From: a virus
IMG/VR virus record: IMGVR_UViG_3300043446_001855
Span: 7,502-71,501 of that record
DNA: 64,000 bases
Strand: one strand, 5' to 3'
The notes beneath the pieces are model-generated. The model searched no databases. It worked only from the letters and a program-made list of their open reading frames with translations, and had not been told where the DNA came from. The position numbers and the translations under genes are program-made. Shown here piece by piece: positions 20,016 through 30,225 of the stretch (positions are counted from its first letter, which is position 1; every line of letters starts with the position of its first letter).

Positions 20016-22427
20016 TTACATAAACAAGGATGCGTCATCAACTTCTTCTGATGACACAACCGTTGAAGACTGTGTTTGGAATCCAGCCGTCTTGAGTGAG
20101 GGGACGCGACCGGCGACCTTCTTCGAAGGAGCAGCCTTTGCGTTCTCACGGACACGACTAAGTGTCTCTTCACGAGCGTCTAGTTCCTGAGAAGATTCCT
20201 TCTCCAATGAAGCCGCACGCTCGAACTTCTCACCTTCTTCAATTAGACCGAGTTTCATTTCGGTTTCGGCGATACGCAGTGAGCGGAAGATGTGCGAACG
20301 CACGTCATCCTCACTAGCAAACGCTGTGCCGATTGGACCACCAAGGGCGTTAGCGTTCTCGCCAGTTGTGACGGGATCGGTGATATGGAAATCATCCGAG
20401 CCGAATGTCATTGTGCTGGGGGCGACTTCCTCTAGAAGAGGAGCATCGACGGAAACACGATCCTGCGCCTCAGCGCCGGGGACAGAGATGCCATGCTCGG
20501 CAGCCTCTTTGCGAGCCTGCTTGCGGGCCTTCTTGACAGCCTTCTTGTCGAGGATCATTTCCTCAACGACATCAAGAACGAGATCAGTACCGGCAGCGTC
20601 GAGCATTGCCAGAACCTGATGACGCTTGACGCCAAGCGCCTTCGCCATCTTCTTAGAAGCCTTGTCTTCCTCTTCCTCTTCTTCTTCCTCTTCGTCCTCT
20701 TCCTTATCCTCGGACTTTGAGGCGGCTTCCTTCTTCTCTTCCTTCTCGTCTTCTTCGTCCTCGTCCTTTTCCTCTGATTCCTCAGCGGCGGCTTCCTTCT
20801 TGGACTCGTCCTTCTCTTCCTCTTCCTTCTCTTCTTCCTTCTCGTCCTTCTCTTCGGACTCGTCCTTATCCTTCATCTTTTCCTTAATAAAGTCGGGCAT
20901 TTCGCCAGCCTCCTTATCAACAGAAGCAGCAACGCCAATTGGGCCCTGACCAGCAGAGCCGACCTCAGAGGTGACAGGATCTTCCTGACCCTCGTCGGGG
21001 AAAGTCATGGTTGCGGGAGCAGGACCAGCGTCAACAGCCATAGCGGGATCTTGATGCTCGGTATGCCCGTCGCTCCATGTGGGCTCGGCAGCAGTCTTCG
21101 AAGCAAGATACTCCTGAAGATTGCTCAGAGCCTCACCGAGTTTGTCTTCTGTACTCATGTTTTGGTTTTCCTTCGTATTCGATTCGACAGGTTTCTGTGG
21201 ATTCTTCAGTGTTTTTGGATTAACAACCTTATCGTTTGTAATACGATTGGGAGGTAGAATCGGTTTCTCGACTCTCGTCAACAAACCAGCATCCTTAACA
21301 ATTTCCCATTCGTTATTTACAACCGTGGCATCAGAACTTTTTACAGTAGAGAATGCCATTCCGCCCGGTGCATTTTCCAACGGATTCATTGCACCAGCCG
21401 GGCCCTTCATTGCAGGATTAGGAAGTCCGCTCGGAGCATTTGGGATCATCTCACCGTAATTCGGACCGGGTAATTGCTCAGGCTCTGGTCCTAATTCAGA
21501 GAGATTACTCTTGGCTGCTTCGATATCTGGATCACCAAGACTGGCCGGAGGTTGTGCATCGTTAAGATTCACATCATCTGGCTGGTCATAACCGCAGACC
21601 TCGCACTTACCGTTCTCCATCTCATTGCCACACTGAGGACACGCCTTCTCTTGACGAAGGGTGTCAACTCTATCCGGAACCTTTGCAAGATCTGACTGTG
21701 GTAGATCCGCTGTCTTCATGCTGGCAATCTTGTCAAGCACTAGAGCCGTAGAGTCGGCGGGATCAAAGACGTAGGAGATCTCAAAGAAGTGGATGTCGTA
21801 GCAATCCTCATATGATTTACGACTTGTCTTTGCCCCGTTGCTTGACTCAAAGAAATCGAATGTCGCGCCCTTGCTTTTGATGTGATCACAATACTCTTTT
21901 ACGTTTGTCGCCCAGTTGTGACAGATGTTGCACTGGGTTCTATCAACGTTTGCGCCCATTGAAACCGAGTCGATATCTCCAGAGATAATCGCCTGAGCAA
22001 GTTTGGGGAACTGACGGGCGTCTGTCTCTAGCAGGAGTTCGATCCATGTGGGCGGCTTGTGATTGTCAGGAGCGGCAGCGTAATACGGATCAAGCGCCGA
22101 TGCCTTCTGAAGATCTTCCTCGACATGAAGTCTTGCATCCACCACAACACCACGGGCTCTTTGGGGATCGCTATTGTTGTGGTCAACAAAGATAGGCTTG
22201 CCAATAAAAGTTCTATACGCTTTGGCTAGTTCCTCTGCGGGCCAGCCGTCATTGTTCTTATTGACACGACTGGAGATGGCTCGCACCTTCGTGTAGATGT
22301 AACCATCCTCTAAGCGAAAGTCGGTGTCCTCACCGATTGAGGCAAACTTTTCTAGGCTAGCATTCTTGTGACGAGACTTGCTTGTTCGAACATCAAGAAT
22401 CTCTGCTTTGGCATACTTTGTAATCAT
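20016..22427 (-). CDS. prohead protease-scaffold polyprotein
   Basis: VNKNNDG, FIGKPIFVDH, SVSMGA, CNIC...CDH and FFEISYV motifs, then a Zn ribbon and an E/K-rich scaffold region. Confidence 0.8.
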   Translation of the reverse strand: MITKYAKAEILDVRTSKSRHKNASLEKFASIGEDTDFRLEDGYIYTKVRAISSRVNKNNDGWPAEELAKAYRTFIGKPIFVDHNNSDPQRARGVVVDARLHVEEDLQKASALDPYYAAAPDNHKPPTWIELLLETDARQFPKLAQAIISGDIDSVSMGANVDRTQCNICHNWATNVKEYCDHIKSKGATFDFFESSNGAKTSRKSYEDCYDIHFFEISYVFDPADSTALVLDKIASMKTADLPQSDLAKVPDRVDTLRQEKACPQCGNEMENGKCEVCGYDQPDDVNLNDAQPPASLGDPDIEAAKSNLSELGPEPEQLPGPNYGEMIPNAPSGLPNPAMKGPAGAMNPLENAPGGMAFSTVKSSDATVVNNEWEIVKDAGLLTRVEKPILPPNRITNDKVVNPKTLKNPQKPVESNTKENQNMSTEDKLGEALSNLQEYLASKTAAEPTWSDGHTEHQDPAMAVDAGPAPATMTFPDEGQEDPVTSEVGSAGQGPIGVAASVDKEAGEMPDFIKEKMKDKDESEEKDEKEEEKEEEEKDESKKEAAAEESEEKDEDEEDEKEEKKEAASKSEDKEEDEEEEEEEEEDKASKKMAKALGVKRHQVLAMLDAAGTDLVLDVVEEMILDKKAVKKARKQARKEAAEHGISVPGAEAQDRVSVDAPLLEEVAPSTMTFGSDDFHITDPVTTGENANALGGPIGTAFASEDDVRSHIFRSLRIAETEMKLGLIEEGEKFERAASLEKESSQELDAREETLSRVRENAKAAPSKKVAGRVPSLKTAGFQTQSSTVVSSEEVDDASLFM

Positions 22428-22448
22428 TCTATTATTTACTTGCCGTTG

Positions 22449-23912
22449 TTAAACGGAAGCCCACCCTTTCTCTGCCTCTTCGGGATTCTTTTTGTACTCG
22501 GCTTGTTCTCTCTGCCATCTCAGTTTGTCATAGTTCTCTTTGCCCGGACCGTATGTATCATAAAGATATTCGTAATACGGAGACATCCCCTTCGGTCTTG
22601 CGGGCGCTCTTCTCTGCTTGGGTTGGGCCTCCTCAACAGGAGCGGCAACGTCGGTCTTGAGCAGAGGCTTCGCCGTCTCAAAGATCTGGTTTCTGATATT
22701 TCTAATGCTGGGCTTTGCGGGACGCTCTCCATAGATCGACTGCACCAATGACAGTTGCTCCTGCTTTGGTACACGCAATATCATGTCGTTAAGGTCTTTG
22801 AGATCCTTGAGTCTGCGCACCGCCACAAGACTATCTTCTCTCTTTTGTGCGCTAGATAGTTGTGCCTCCGCAGATCGTGTCAACTCGGACAGGAGTTTTC
22901 GAGCCTCCGGATCAACCGAATGTCTCTCCGTTGGGGCAACAGTCTTCCTCTTCTTCTTCTTCTTCGGGACATAGTCTTGACCATACTTTCTCCACTCTTT
23001 GAATCTTTCTTTTGCTGTAGCCTGTTGTTGAGCGGGACTCATCTCCGCAAGCCATTCAATTTCGCCCAAGATATCGTCGTCTTCAGCACCGGCCTCATCC
23101 ATCAAACCGATCCATCTCTTGGCAAGACCGGTCAACTTCTTATAGTTCGGATCTTCGTAGATATCACGAGCGGGAGGTCTATTGCCTTTTTCCTTTTGCT
23201 TGGCTCTTTCTGACGCCTCTTGACGGTAGGCTCTTTCGTTCTCCTCCATCTGCTGTCTTCGCTCAAGCCAGTTTGATTCCTCGCCGGACCAGTCACGATC
23301 TACGTTCCAGTCGCCCTCGCCTTCGTCCTCTGATCTTTTAACAAGAGAAACGCGATAGACATTGCCCGCCTTTTTAATCTCTCCGACCTTGAAGTCTTTT
23401 GAGAACTCTCGAATTAGTTCGACTCTCGCGGCGGCTTTAGACACGTCAGCAGGACGCTCGACAACAACAGAAGCGACTGGGGTAATGCCTGAACCGACGC
23501 CGGCAACACCAAGTGGGGGCTGCTGTGGCTTGGGCAAAGGCTTTCGCTCATGATCGTCAGACATAATGTCTGGCGTTTCATTGACGATAGCGGGTGCCTC
23601 TTCTTTTTCTTCGGTCTCTTCCTCATCGACCAGTTTCTCAAGAAGATCGATGATCTTATTCATCTTCTCTTCTTCTTTGTCTTCGTGCTGCTTGTCCTCT
23701 ATGACTATGTCTTCGCTGTCCAAAACAACGTCATCGCTTTCGTCTGCGGTTGCAGCGACCCTGATGCGGGTGATGAAAAACTCACCGTCAGCACCAGCCT
23801 CTTTGATTTTGCGAAAGGAAAGGATCTCCGCATCCGGATAGGATTCTGCGATCTGATCCAATGCCTCTGCGCTGGTAACGCTGGCCTCTCTTTTTAAGAC
23901 TATTTCTTCCAA
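22449..23912 (-). CDS. hypothetical charged protein (head module)
   Basis: 487 aa ORF in the structural operon. Confidence 0.5.
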   Translation of the reverse strand: MEEIVLKREASVTSAEALDQIAESYPDAEILSFRKIKEAGADGEFFITRIRVAATADESDDVVLDSEDIVIEDKQHEDKEEEKMNKIIDLLEKLVDEEETEEKEEAPAIVNETPDIMSDDHERKPLPKPQQPPLGVAGVGSGITPVASVVVERPADVSKAAARVELIREFSKDFKVGEIKKAGNVYRVSLVKRSEDEGEGDWNVDRDWSGEESNWLERRQQMEENERAYRQEASERAKQKEKGNRPPARDIYEDPNYKKLTGLAKRWIGLMDEAGAEDDDILGEIEWLAEMSPAQQQATAKERFKEWRKYGQDYVPKKKKKRKTVAPTERHSVDPEARKLLSELTRSAEAQLSSAQKREDSLVAVRRLKDLKDLNDMILRVPKQEQLSLVQSIYGERPAKPSIRNIRNQIFETAKPLLKTDVAAPVEEAQPKQRRAPARPKGMSPYYEYLYDTYGPGKENYDKLRWQREQAEYKKNPEEAEKGWASV

Positions 23913-23923
23913 AACATATCCTC

Positions 23924-25411
23924 TTAGATTAGGTTGGTTGCAACCTTAACTTTCATTAGATACACGAGACCGACGTATTGTGGTCTTATATTAACATAAA
24001 TGCTTTCGTTTGTCGTTGTACCAAGCAACTTCTTTGAGTCCGCTATAACAGCAGCACTTGCCCCGGTAATGTTTCCGCTTCTACTGTTGTTGGAAGCACC
24101 ACCGGTTGTAATGTCACCAGCACTTGTAGAACCGTTAAGACCCGTGTCAAGTCTTTGATCGGTAAATGTCGCTGTATTTCCATAGTTGTCAGTGCTTAGT
24201 TTAACCGTGTGAGCGTTGATGGTGCTGTTTGCCACATCGACCGTTCTGCTTGTCGGGCTACTTGTGACGGAAGCATATCCATAACCCTGACCAGATCTAA
24301 GATTGTCCGGATCCGAGACATTCGCATATCCCCACAATTGAGGATTTGATGTTTTCATGTTGAATAAAGCGGTGTTGGCGTCGGCATAGCCCGGCAGGGT
24401 CGGATCATCGTATGGTCTTCTTCCACCGGTTTGACCCGCACCATTCATATCAATCTTATGCACATGGTTTCTAGATGCAGGTCTTGACTTGTACTTTGTC
24501 TGACCCTCTGTTATCTCAGTGAACGCATCCGAGGCATCGCTTGTAGATATTCGTGCTTGGCCACTAAAGAAACTATTAGTAATTCTAAAGTCGTGCTGAT
24601 GGCTTGGCATCATGTGAACATGATCCATGCCGTGACTGTGGGGGCCCAGATAGTGCCTATGCGGAGGAACAACGTGTGTGTGATCAATGGCATGAACGTG
24701 ATCTTTGATCTCTAACGTTCCAGCACCATGTGAGTGAGAGATGTTTCTCAGTATGTTGCTGCCTGACTTGGGCTCAGAAGTTTCAAGACCTGAATCGTAA
24801 CCCGCGCCGGGAGCACCGGTCGTGCCGCTTACCATTGCTGAACCACCGGACTGACGAGAAGTGTTCTCTTGATTCTGTGCGCTCTGAGCATTCGCTGCAA
24901 GTGTGTAACCGTTGACTGCGTTGATACCAGCGACAGTCTCGTCGGCACCAAGAACAAACTTATTTCTCAGATCCGGAAGAATGATTGCACTTGGAATCGG
25001 GAAAGAGTGATCCGCCTGCTCAACCTGTCGGCCATCACACGGGACCCACCCATCCGGAATAGCGATAGTTGATGCGGGACGCCACCAAGCAATGACGGTG
25101 CCAAGAGGAACATCGTTGTAGTTCAGGCCAGAGACTACGCTATAGAGAGTTCTTCTTCCCTGCTGCGCCTCGTAGCCAGAATTCTTTGTGCCCGGATACT
25201 TCGTAGCATCAGAAGATGGAATGACATCGCCATAGCCAAGCCAAGTTGCCGGGGTACCTGAGTAGCCTGTGCTTGTGGACGAGCCCGGGCTGCCGTTAGC
25301 GCCACCGATTAATTCATCAATGGCGTCAAAATTGTAGACAAGATCCTCACCGTTGAAGGAGTCCTGTGATCTATCCCAAACTCTAAATCTTCCCTTGTGA
25401 CTATTTCTCAT
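23924..25411 (-). CDS. tail-collar domain fibre protein with HxH repeats
   Basis: VPLGTVIAW, PDGWVPCDG and LPDLRNKFVLG motifs; HxH arrays; RPQYVGLVYLMK end. Confidence 0.8.
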   Translation of the reverse strand: MRNSHKGRFRVWDRSQDSFNGEDLVYNFDAIDELIGGANGSPGSSTSTGYSGTPATWLGYGDVIPSSDATKYPGTKNSGYEAQQGRRTLYSVVSGLNYNDVPLGTVIAWWRPASTIAIPDGWVPCDGRQVEQADHSFPIPSAIILPDLRNKFVLGADETVAGINAVNGYTLAANAQSAQNQENTSRQSGGSAMVSGTTGAPGAGYDSGLETSEPKSGSNILRNISHSHGAGTLEIKDHVHAIDHTHVVPPHRHYLGPHSHGMDHVHMMPSHQHDFRITNSFFSGQARISTSDASDAFTEITEGQTKYKSRPASRNHVHKIDMNGAGQTGGRRPYDDPTLPGYADANTALFNMKTSNPQLWGYANVSDPDNLRSGQGYGYASVTSSPTSRTVDVANSTINAHTVKLSTDNYGNTATFTDQRLDTGLNGSTSAGDITTGGASNNSRSGNITGASAAVIADSKKLLGTTTNESIYVNIRPQYVGLVYLMKVKVATNLI

Positions 25412-28131
25412 CAGACACCAAACAGGAAGTCGTCGTCAAAGTTCTCGCTAGCGGTCGTCTCGTTCTCTAGATAGTGTGTGCCCTCAAGCACTAACTTGTC
25501 TAGATTGCGAGCCTTGCCGGGCTCATTGATAAACTCTTTCTGCTGGTTAGGATAGTAATGACGGCCAGCAATGTGCGTATTTGATTTGCGCCCAGTGCTC
25601 AAGTCGGTCTCACCCACAATGTCTTGCTGACCAACACCAGCATCATCGTTTACCTCTGGGGTACCTTCAAGTCCAGAAGAAGACGGTAGTCCAATTTCGT
25701 TTGGATTGACTTGATCGGCCTTGTCAAACCTGATGTCCTCAACCGTAAACTGTTCTGTGCTGATCTTATAGGGCTCGCCCTCATTGTCAGGGAATGCTGA
25801 ATCAACACGGACAACAGAGACGCTTGAGGGAGAGACATCAGTCACCTTAACAATGTCAGGCTCGTTGTCCACACCGGAGAACACTCTGTAGACTTCGCCA
25901 GTCTCCAGCGGATTGTTGTCGATATCAACAACAGAAGATGAGCGATAACCGACGCTGCCTCCATGTCTAACCGCTTCGCATCCTGCCGGGGCTAGCGCCG
26001 GAGAATCCGCAAGGTTTGGCATGGCGCACTTGCCGGGAACGAAACTGCTCTCGCAATACCTGCAATAGTTGTCGTTTGGATCGTTCTCTCTGATCGGCTG
26101 CTGTGTCTCCGTGCCCATAGGCTTGTTCTGCTGCTGAGGAACAGAGTAGCCACCCATATCATTGTGCGGTGCAGCGTATCCCATACCGTAGCCGAACGCT
26201 CCGGGGATTCCTGTCGCTGTACGAATAGATGAGTTTTTCTTTTCCTTCGACTCTTCTTTGTTCTTCTTGAACTCGTCACCGAAGACCTGATCAAAGAACT
26301 TCTCAAGCGCCTTGACAACCTTGTTGCCTTCGCCTGACTCGTCACTGTCCGCCAGTTCAATAACCGTTGGCATACCGTTCATCACCATCTCGGGAGTGGC
26401 GTCAATGAAGCCGCCAAGATCATCGACATCTTTTAGATACTCTGGTGAATCGCCATGCTCTCTGTTGTAGTTACCGGTTCCACCGATGCTGGGGTCTGAG
26501 TCAATGCCATGAACGTGGATGGTGTAGATGTCTTCGCTCGGCTCAGTCACAGACTCATGAACACCGGCTAGCGCTTCGCCAAATAGTCTGCCAAGTTGTG
26601 CGGCCTGCGGCTGCAGAGCGAGTGCGATCTTTGTGAGACCGTCAACTCTCTCGGCATGGGCAAGTTTATTAGACCCACACACATGGCAGTTGCCATCGAC
26701 TAGAGGGTCTGAGCAGGTTGGGCACTCAAGATTCTTTGCGTAATGATTGTCTTCCCACTCGGCTTCTTCACGAACATGATTGTGCGAAAGCATTTGTTCC
26801 CAGACATCCTTGTTTGGATTTTCTATATCACTTGTGCGCTCTTTGATGATCTTCGCAACGTCTAGCGGCGGCTCAGGGAAGAACACGTCCTCATCTCCAA
26901 CGCCACGCGCCTGTGGGTTGCCCTCTTGATCACCGTGCTGGTTCTTCTGGGCCTCACCCTCGGCATGTCGTACATTTGAGTTGCCCCCTATATCGGAGCG
27001 CATGTGCTCGTCATCGAAGTCAAAGCCCTCGGACACCTCGTGTGGTGCGCCTGTCTCCCAATACTCTCTTGAATGCTTGTTCTTTGAGCCGGGATGTCTC
27101 GCCTTATGCAGTTGAGCGTCTACCTTAGCCGCCCATGAACGACCGGAGTCGCCGCCCCATGCGAGCCACGCAACATCCCACGCTGTGATCTCACCGGGCT
27201 TGGCTTTCTTGGAACGACCTCCAGCATGGCGCTCAAAGAATGAGTGCATGCGATTGATGTGCTCTTCGGTCAGCGCTTCGCCTGCTGCAATGCGGCGAGC
27301 ACGATCAGCAGTAGCGTCTTGGAAACCGTCTCCCGCTTTGCCCTCTTCAATGTACTTGAGTGCACGACGAGCGTTGGCACGAACACCAGAGGGCGGAACC
27401 GTATTGACTTTCTTTACTGCCTCTTCTGGGCTCTGCTTCTTGGCCGCTGATTCTTTACGAGCGGCATCACACTTCTCGCAAGAGCCGGGAGCGCAGGGCT
27501 TTGTTCCGGGAACACGCTTATACCCATCCCAACAGCCGCAGTCTTTAGCAACCTTGGCTGTCGGATTTAATGTCCCGGGGTTGCGCTCGTTGTAACTACC
27601 GGCTGGGAACTCCTCGTCGTAGGCCATGGGGTTCGGCTTTGTCGAACGGTCCCAATAAGAATCCTCAGTTGCATCATGGTCTTGACTCTGGACGGCGCTG
27701 TCATCCTCCCCGTCTAACTTGTCATGGACGGCCTTATCCTTTTCAACGAGGTCGTTCAGAGTGTCGAGAACCTCGTCTAGTTTTTCTTCGATGCTCGAAT
27801 GCTCGTCCTTGTTCTCTTCGTCGGTGTAGTCATCAACCCAATCATTTAGATCTGACGGCTCATTTACGATGTCAATTGAGTCATCCATTGCGCTGATGAT
27901 GTCCCAACCGATCTCGGGATCATAGACAAGGGATTCACCGTTGCCGATTGAAGACTGACGATAGAAAGCGATGTCTGGCTCAGACGGGATCGTCTTGTCC
28001 CAGAAGACCTTGGTCGTCTTGACGACTCGACCATCGGTGAACTCCACAAGGTATTCTTTAGTAGCAGAATCGAAGTCAAGAATGAGGCCGGGAGTGTTCC
28101 CGGCAAAAACAGTTAGGCCTAGGTAGTTCAT
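25411..28131 (-). CDS. large modular acidic head-associated protein
   Basis: 906 aa; Cys-rich CWDGYKRVPG motif, RMHSFFERH/AWGGD domain, Zn ribbons, C-terminal ARNLDKLVLEGTHY. Confidence 0.55.
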   Translation of the reverse strand: MNYLGLTVFAGNTPGLILDFDSATKEYLVEFTDGRVVKTTKVFWDKTIPSEPDIAFYRQSSIGNGESLVYDPEIGWDIISAMDDSIDIVNEPSDLNDWVDDYTDEENKDEHSSIEEKLDEVLDTLNDLVEKDKAVHDKLDGEDDSAVQSQDHDATEDSYWDRSTKPNPMAYDEEFPAGSYNERNPGTLNPTAKVAKDCGCWDGYKRVPGTKPCAPGSCEKCDAARKESAAKKQSPEEAVKKVNTVPPSGVRANARRALKYIEEGKAGDGFQDATADRARRIAAGEALTEEHINRMHSFFERHAGGRSKKAKPGEITAWDVAWLAWGGDSGRSWAAKVDAQLHKARHPGSKNKHSREYWETGAPHEVSEGFDFDDEHMRSDIGGNSNVRHAEGEAQKNQHGDQEGNPQARGVGDEDVFFPEPPLDVAKIIKERTSDIENPNKDVWEQMLSHNHVREEAEWEDNHYAKNLECPTCSDPLVDGNCHVCGSNKLAHAERVDGLTKIALALQPQAAQLGRLFGEALAGVHESVTEPSEDIYTIHVHGIDSDPSIGGTGNYNREHGDSPEYLKDVDDLGGFIDATPEMVMNGMPTVIELADSDESGEGNKVVKALEKFFDQVFGDEFKKNKEESKEKKNSSIRTATGIPGAFGYGMGYAAPHNDMGGYSVPQQQNKPMGTETQQPIRENDPNDNYCRYCESSFVPGKCAMPNLADSPALAPAGCEAVRHGGSVGYRSSSVVDIDNNPLETGEVYRVFSGVDNEPDIVKVTDVSPSSVSVVRVDSAFPDNEGEPYKISTEQFTVEDIRFDKADQVNPNEIGLPSSSGLEGTPEVNDDAGVGQQDIVGETDLSTGRKSNTHIAGRHYYPNQQKEFINEPGKARNLDKLVLEGTHYLENETTASENFDDDFLFGV

Positions 28132-28155
28132 GTCTTCTTTGTTTATGTTTTTGAT

Positions 28156-28812
28156 CTATGTCTTTATTATGTGCCAAACCAAAATGTATGGCGGGTAATC
28201 GCTGATGACAGAACCGCCGGACTTCGGTGCGGTAGAGTTTTGGGCGGTTGAAGCGTAGTGAGCATGAGAATGAGAATTTGTCGAATTGAGCGATCCGGCA
28301 TTTCCACCATGCTGATGACCCCATGTCAAATTCATCTCGGCAACAGACGAATGACTGTGATCATCTCGGGCCGTATAATTTGCAGTGCCGCTTACCAATA
28401 GTGTGTTTGCGCTTGAAGTATTTGTGTTCGCTCCGTTGGAGGCGTGATAATGATTTGCCTCATAATATGATGACGAGGCGGAATTAAAATTGTGGCCGTG
28501 TCCGCTTTCACCATTTGTGCTCACATATGAAGTATTTGTGAAAGCATGAATGTGGCTAAACCCAGAGTTCCCGACACCAAAACTGTTTGCTCCGGACATG
28601 AGTCTCATAGACGTAGGCAAAGTAAATGTGCTTGAACTAGTGGAGCCAAATGAGGTTGATATCGCAGAGAACAAATCGCCATAAGACGATCTTAAAACTT
28701 CAGATCCGTCACAATAAAGCCAACCGGATGGAGGCGCAGATTGAACGCCTCCAAGATAGGGCATAATAGTTCCTGCAGGGATGAGTGTTGCTGGGCTTTG
28801 TGTATTACTCAT
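28156..28812 (-). CDS. tail-collar domain protein 3
   Basis: PAGTIMPY, PSGWLYCDG, HxH repeats, PPYILVWHIIKT. Confidence 0.85.
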   Translation of the reverse strand: MSNTQSPATLIPAGTIMPYLGGVQSAPPSGWLYCDGSEVLRSSYGDLFSAISTSFGSTSSSTFTLPTSMRLMSGANSFGVGNSGFSHIHAFTNTSYVSTNGESGHGHNFNSASSSYYEANHYHASNGANTNTSSANTLLVSGTANYTARDDHSHSSVAEMNLTWGHQHGGNAGSLNSTNSHSHAHYASTAQNSTAPKSGGSVISDYPPYILVWHIIKT

Positions 28813-29468
28813 ATCTTAATAATGTATTTTACTTGGTGAGCCGGGGCGTAAGATGTTGTTGTCGCCGATATGGATGATACGTTGTTTGCAATAGTCAAAT
28901 GTGTATGATTGTGGGCTCCGCCCCCGCTTATTCCAGACGGTGTGGCATTATGCCAATGCCCTCCACTTGCGTCGGTAGCCCTAGCACCCACAGAGTGAGC
29001 GTGGTTTGCTAACGCTCTCGCTAACGTTCCGCTGGTAGATTTGGCATTGCCGGTATTAGATCCGGAAACGCTTGTGTTCGCCCCATACACAGTATGGGCA
29101 TGACTTCCCTGAGTATCTGTGTACGCTCCCCCCGCCTGATTGTGCGAATGATCACCAGTTGTGTTTGTGGATAATGCATTTATAGCACCACTTATTGAAT
29201 GGCTGTGGCTGTTTGACCCAGTGAGTGTTCCTGCGACAACAGTGGATGAAGCGCCCGCCGGCATTCTATTTATAAGGTCTGGCAATCTGAAATAACCAGA
29301 ACTCTCTGCGCCAGTGTTGTAGGTTGTTGCAATGGCATTGTAAAGGTCTTGATATTGTGTAATAAGTACTTGAGAGCCGTCGCAAAACAACCAGCCCGTG
29401 GGGGCGGTTGGTTCGCAACAAGCAACAATCATTCCCGAATAAACGCCCGAATGAAGACCGCCCGCCAC
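28809..29468 (-). CDS. tail-collar domain protein 2
   Basis: PTGWLFCDG, FRLPDL, HxH repeats, YIIKI. Confidence 0.85.
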   Translation of the reverse strand: MAGGLHSGVYSGMIVACCEPTAPTGWLFCDGSQVLITQYQDLYNAIATTYNTGAESSGYFRLPDLINRMPAGASSTVVAGTLTGSNSHSHSISGAINALSTNTTGDHSHNQAGGAYTDTQGSHAHTVYGANTSVSGSNTGNAKSTSGTLARALANHAHSVGARATDASGGHWHNATPSGISGGGAHNHTHLTIANNVSSISATTTSYAPAHQVKYIIKI

Positions 29469-30223
29469 TACTGCACCGCCAAAACTATGTAGTGAACTCT
29501 AAGATTTGCTGGAGCGTGTGAAACCTCTGATGGTGTTTGCGTGCTGCCCGTCAAAGTAACAACATGACTGTGGCCGGTTGTGTAGGCATAGTCTGTTCCG
29601 CCTAAAGAGTAATTAGAAATTAAATTGTGGGCATGTGTTCCGCTACCATAAGTGGTGTAACCGATATAATGAGAGTGCGTGTTGAACGCCGCTGCAGTAT
29701 TTCCTGTTGCTGCCGTTGTTGCGTTCGCATTAGTATTGTTATACGACGCAAGACCACCTAACTCATTGCCGGCATGAGTATGGTCTCCAGTATTATTGAG
29801 TCCACCTATATTAAAACCATGCTCATGATAATTTGTGTTAGTGGAATTGGTGTTGGTTGTTGAAACGGTGAAGTCGTGAGTGTGTGTGTTTGTACCGCCA
29901 GTCGTGGCGACGTATGCACTTCCGGGATTGTTTGTCGCTTTTGTTGGAGACATAAGAAACCTGTCTCTCATGTCTGGCAATCTAAAATGCGTAGAACCCG
30001 CTGCTCCCGATCCATTGGTATTTGCGCCATACGGAAACACCGTACCGGTTAAGGTGATTGAGTTGTACAGGGCCTGATACGAGGAGATCGAAACCTCTTG
30101 ACCGTCGCACAACAGCCAGCCATCAGGTGGTGTCGATGAGTGCCACGCCATAACCACGCCGATAGGCATGTTTGCTACGCTTCGGCGTCTGTCGGCGTCA
30201 GTGTTGAATACCTTTTTTATCAC
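29468..30223 (-). CDS. tail-collar domain protein 1
   Basis: PIGVVMAW, PDGWLLCDG, FRLPDMRDRF, HxH repeats. Confidence 0.85.
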   Translation of the reverse strand: MIKKVFNTDADRRRSVANMPIGVVMAWHSSTPPDGWLLCDGQEVSISSYQALYNSITLTGTVFPYGANTNGSGAAGSTHFRLPDMRDRFLMSPTKATNNPGSAYVATTGGTNTHTHDFTVSTTNTNSTNTNYHEHGFNIGGLNNTGDHTHAGNELGGLASYNNTNANATTAATGNTAAAFNTHSHYIGYTTYGSGTHAHNLISNYSLGGTDYAYTTGHSHVVTLTGSTQTPSEVSHAPANLRVHYIVLAVQ

Positions 30224-30225
30224 AA

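Noticed and set aside
20660-20880. Low-complexity CT-rich tract
   Set aside because: Encodes the E/K/D-rich scaffold region
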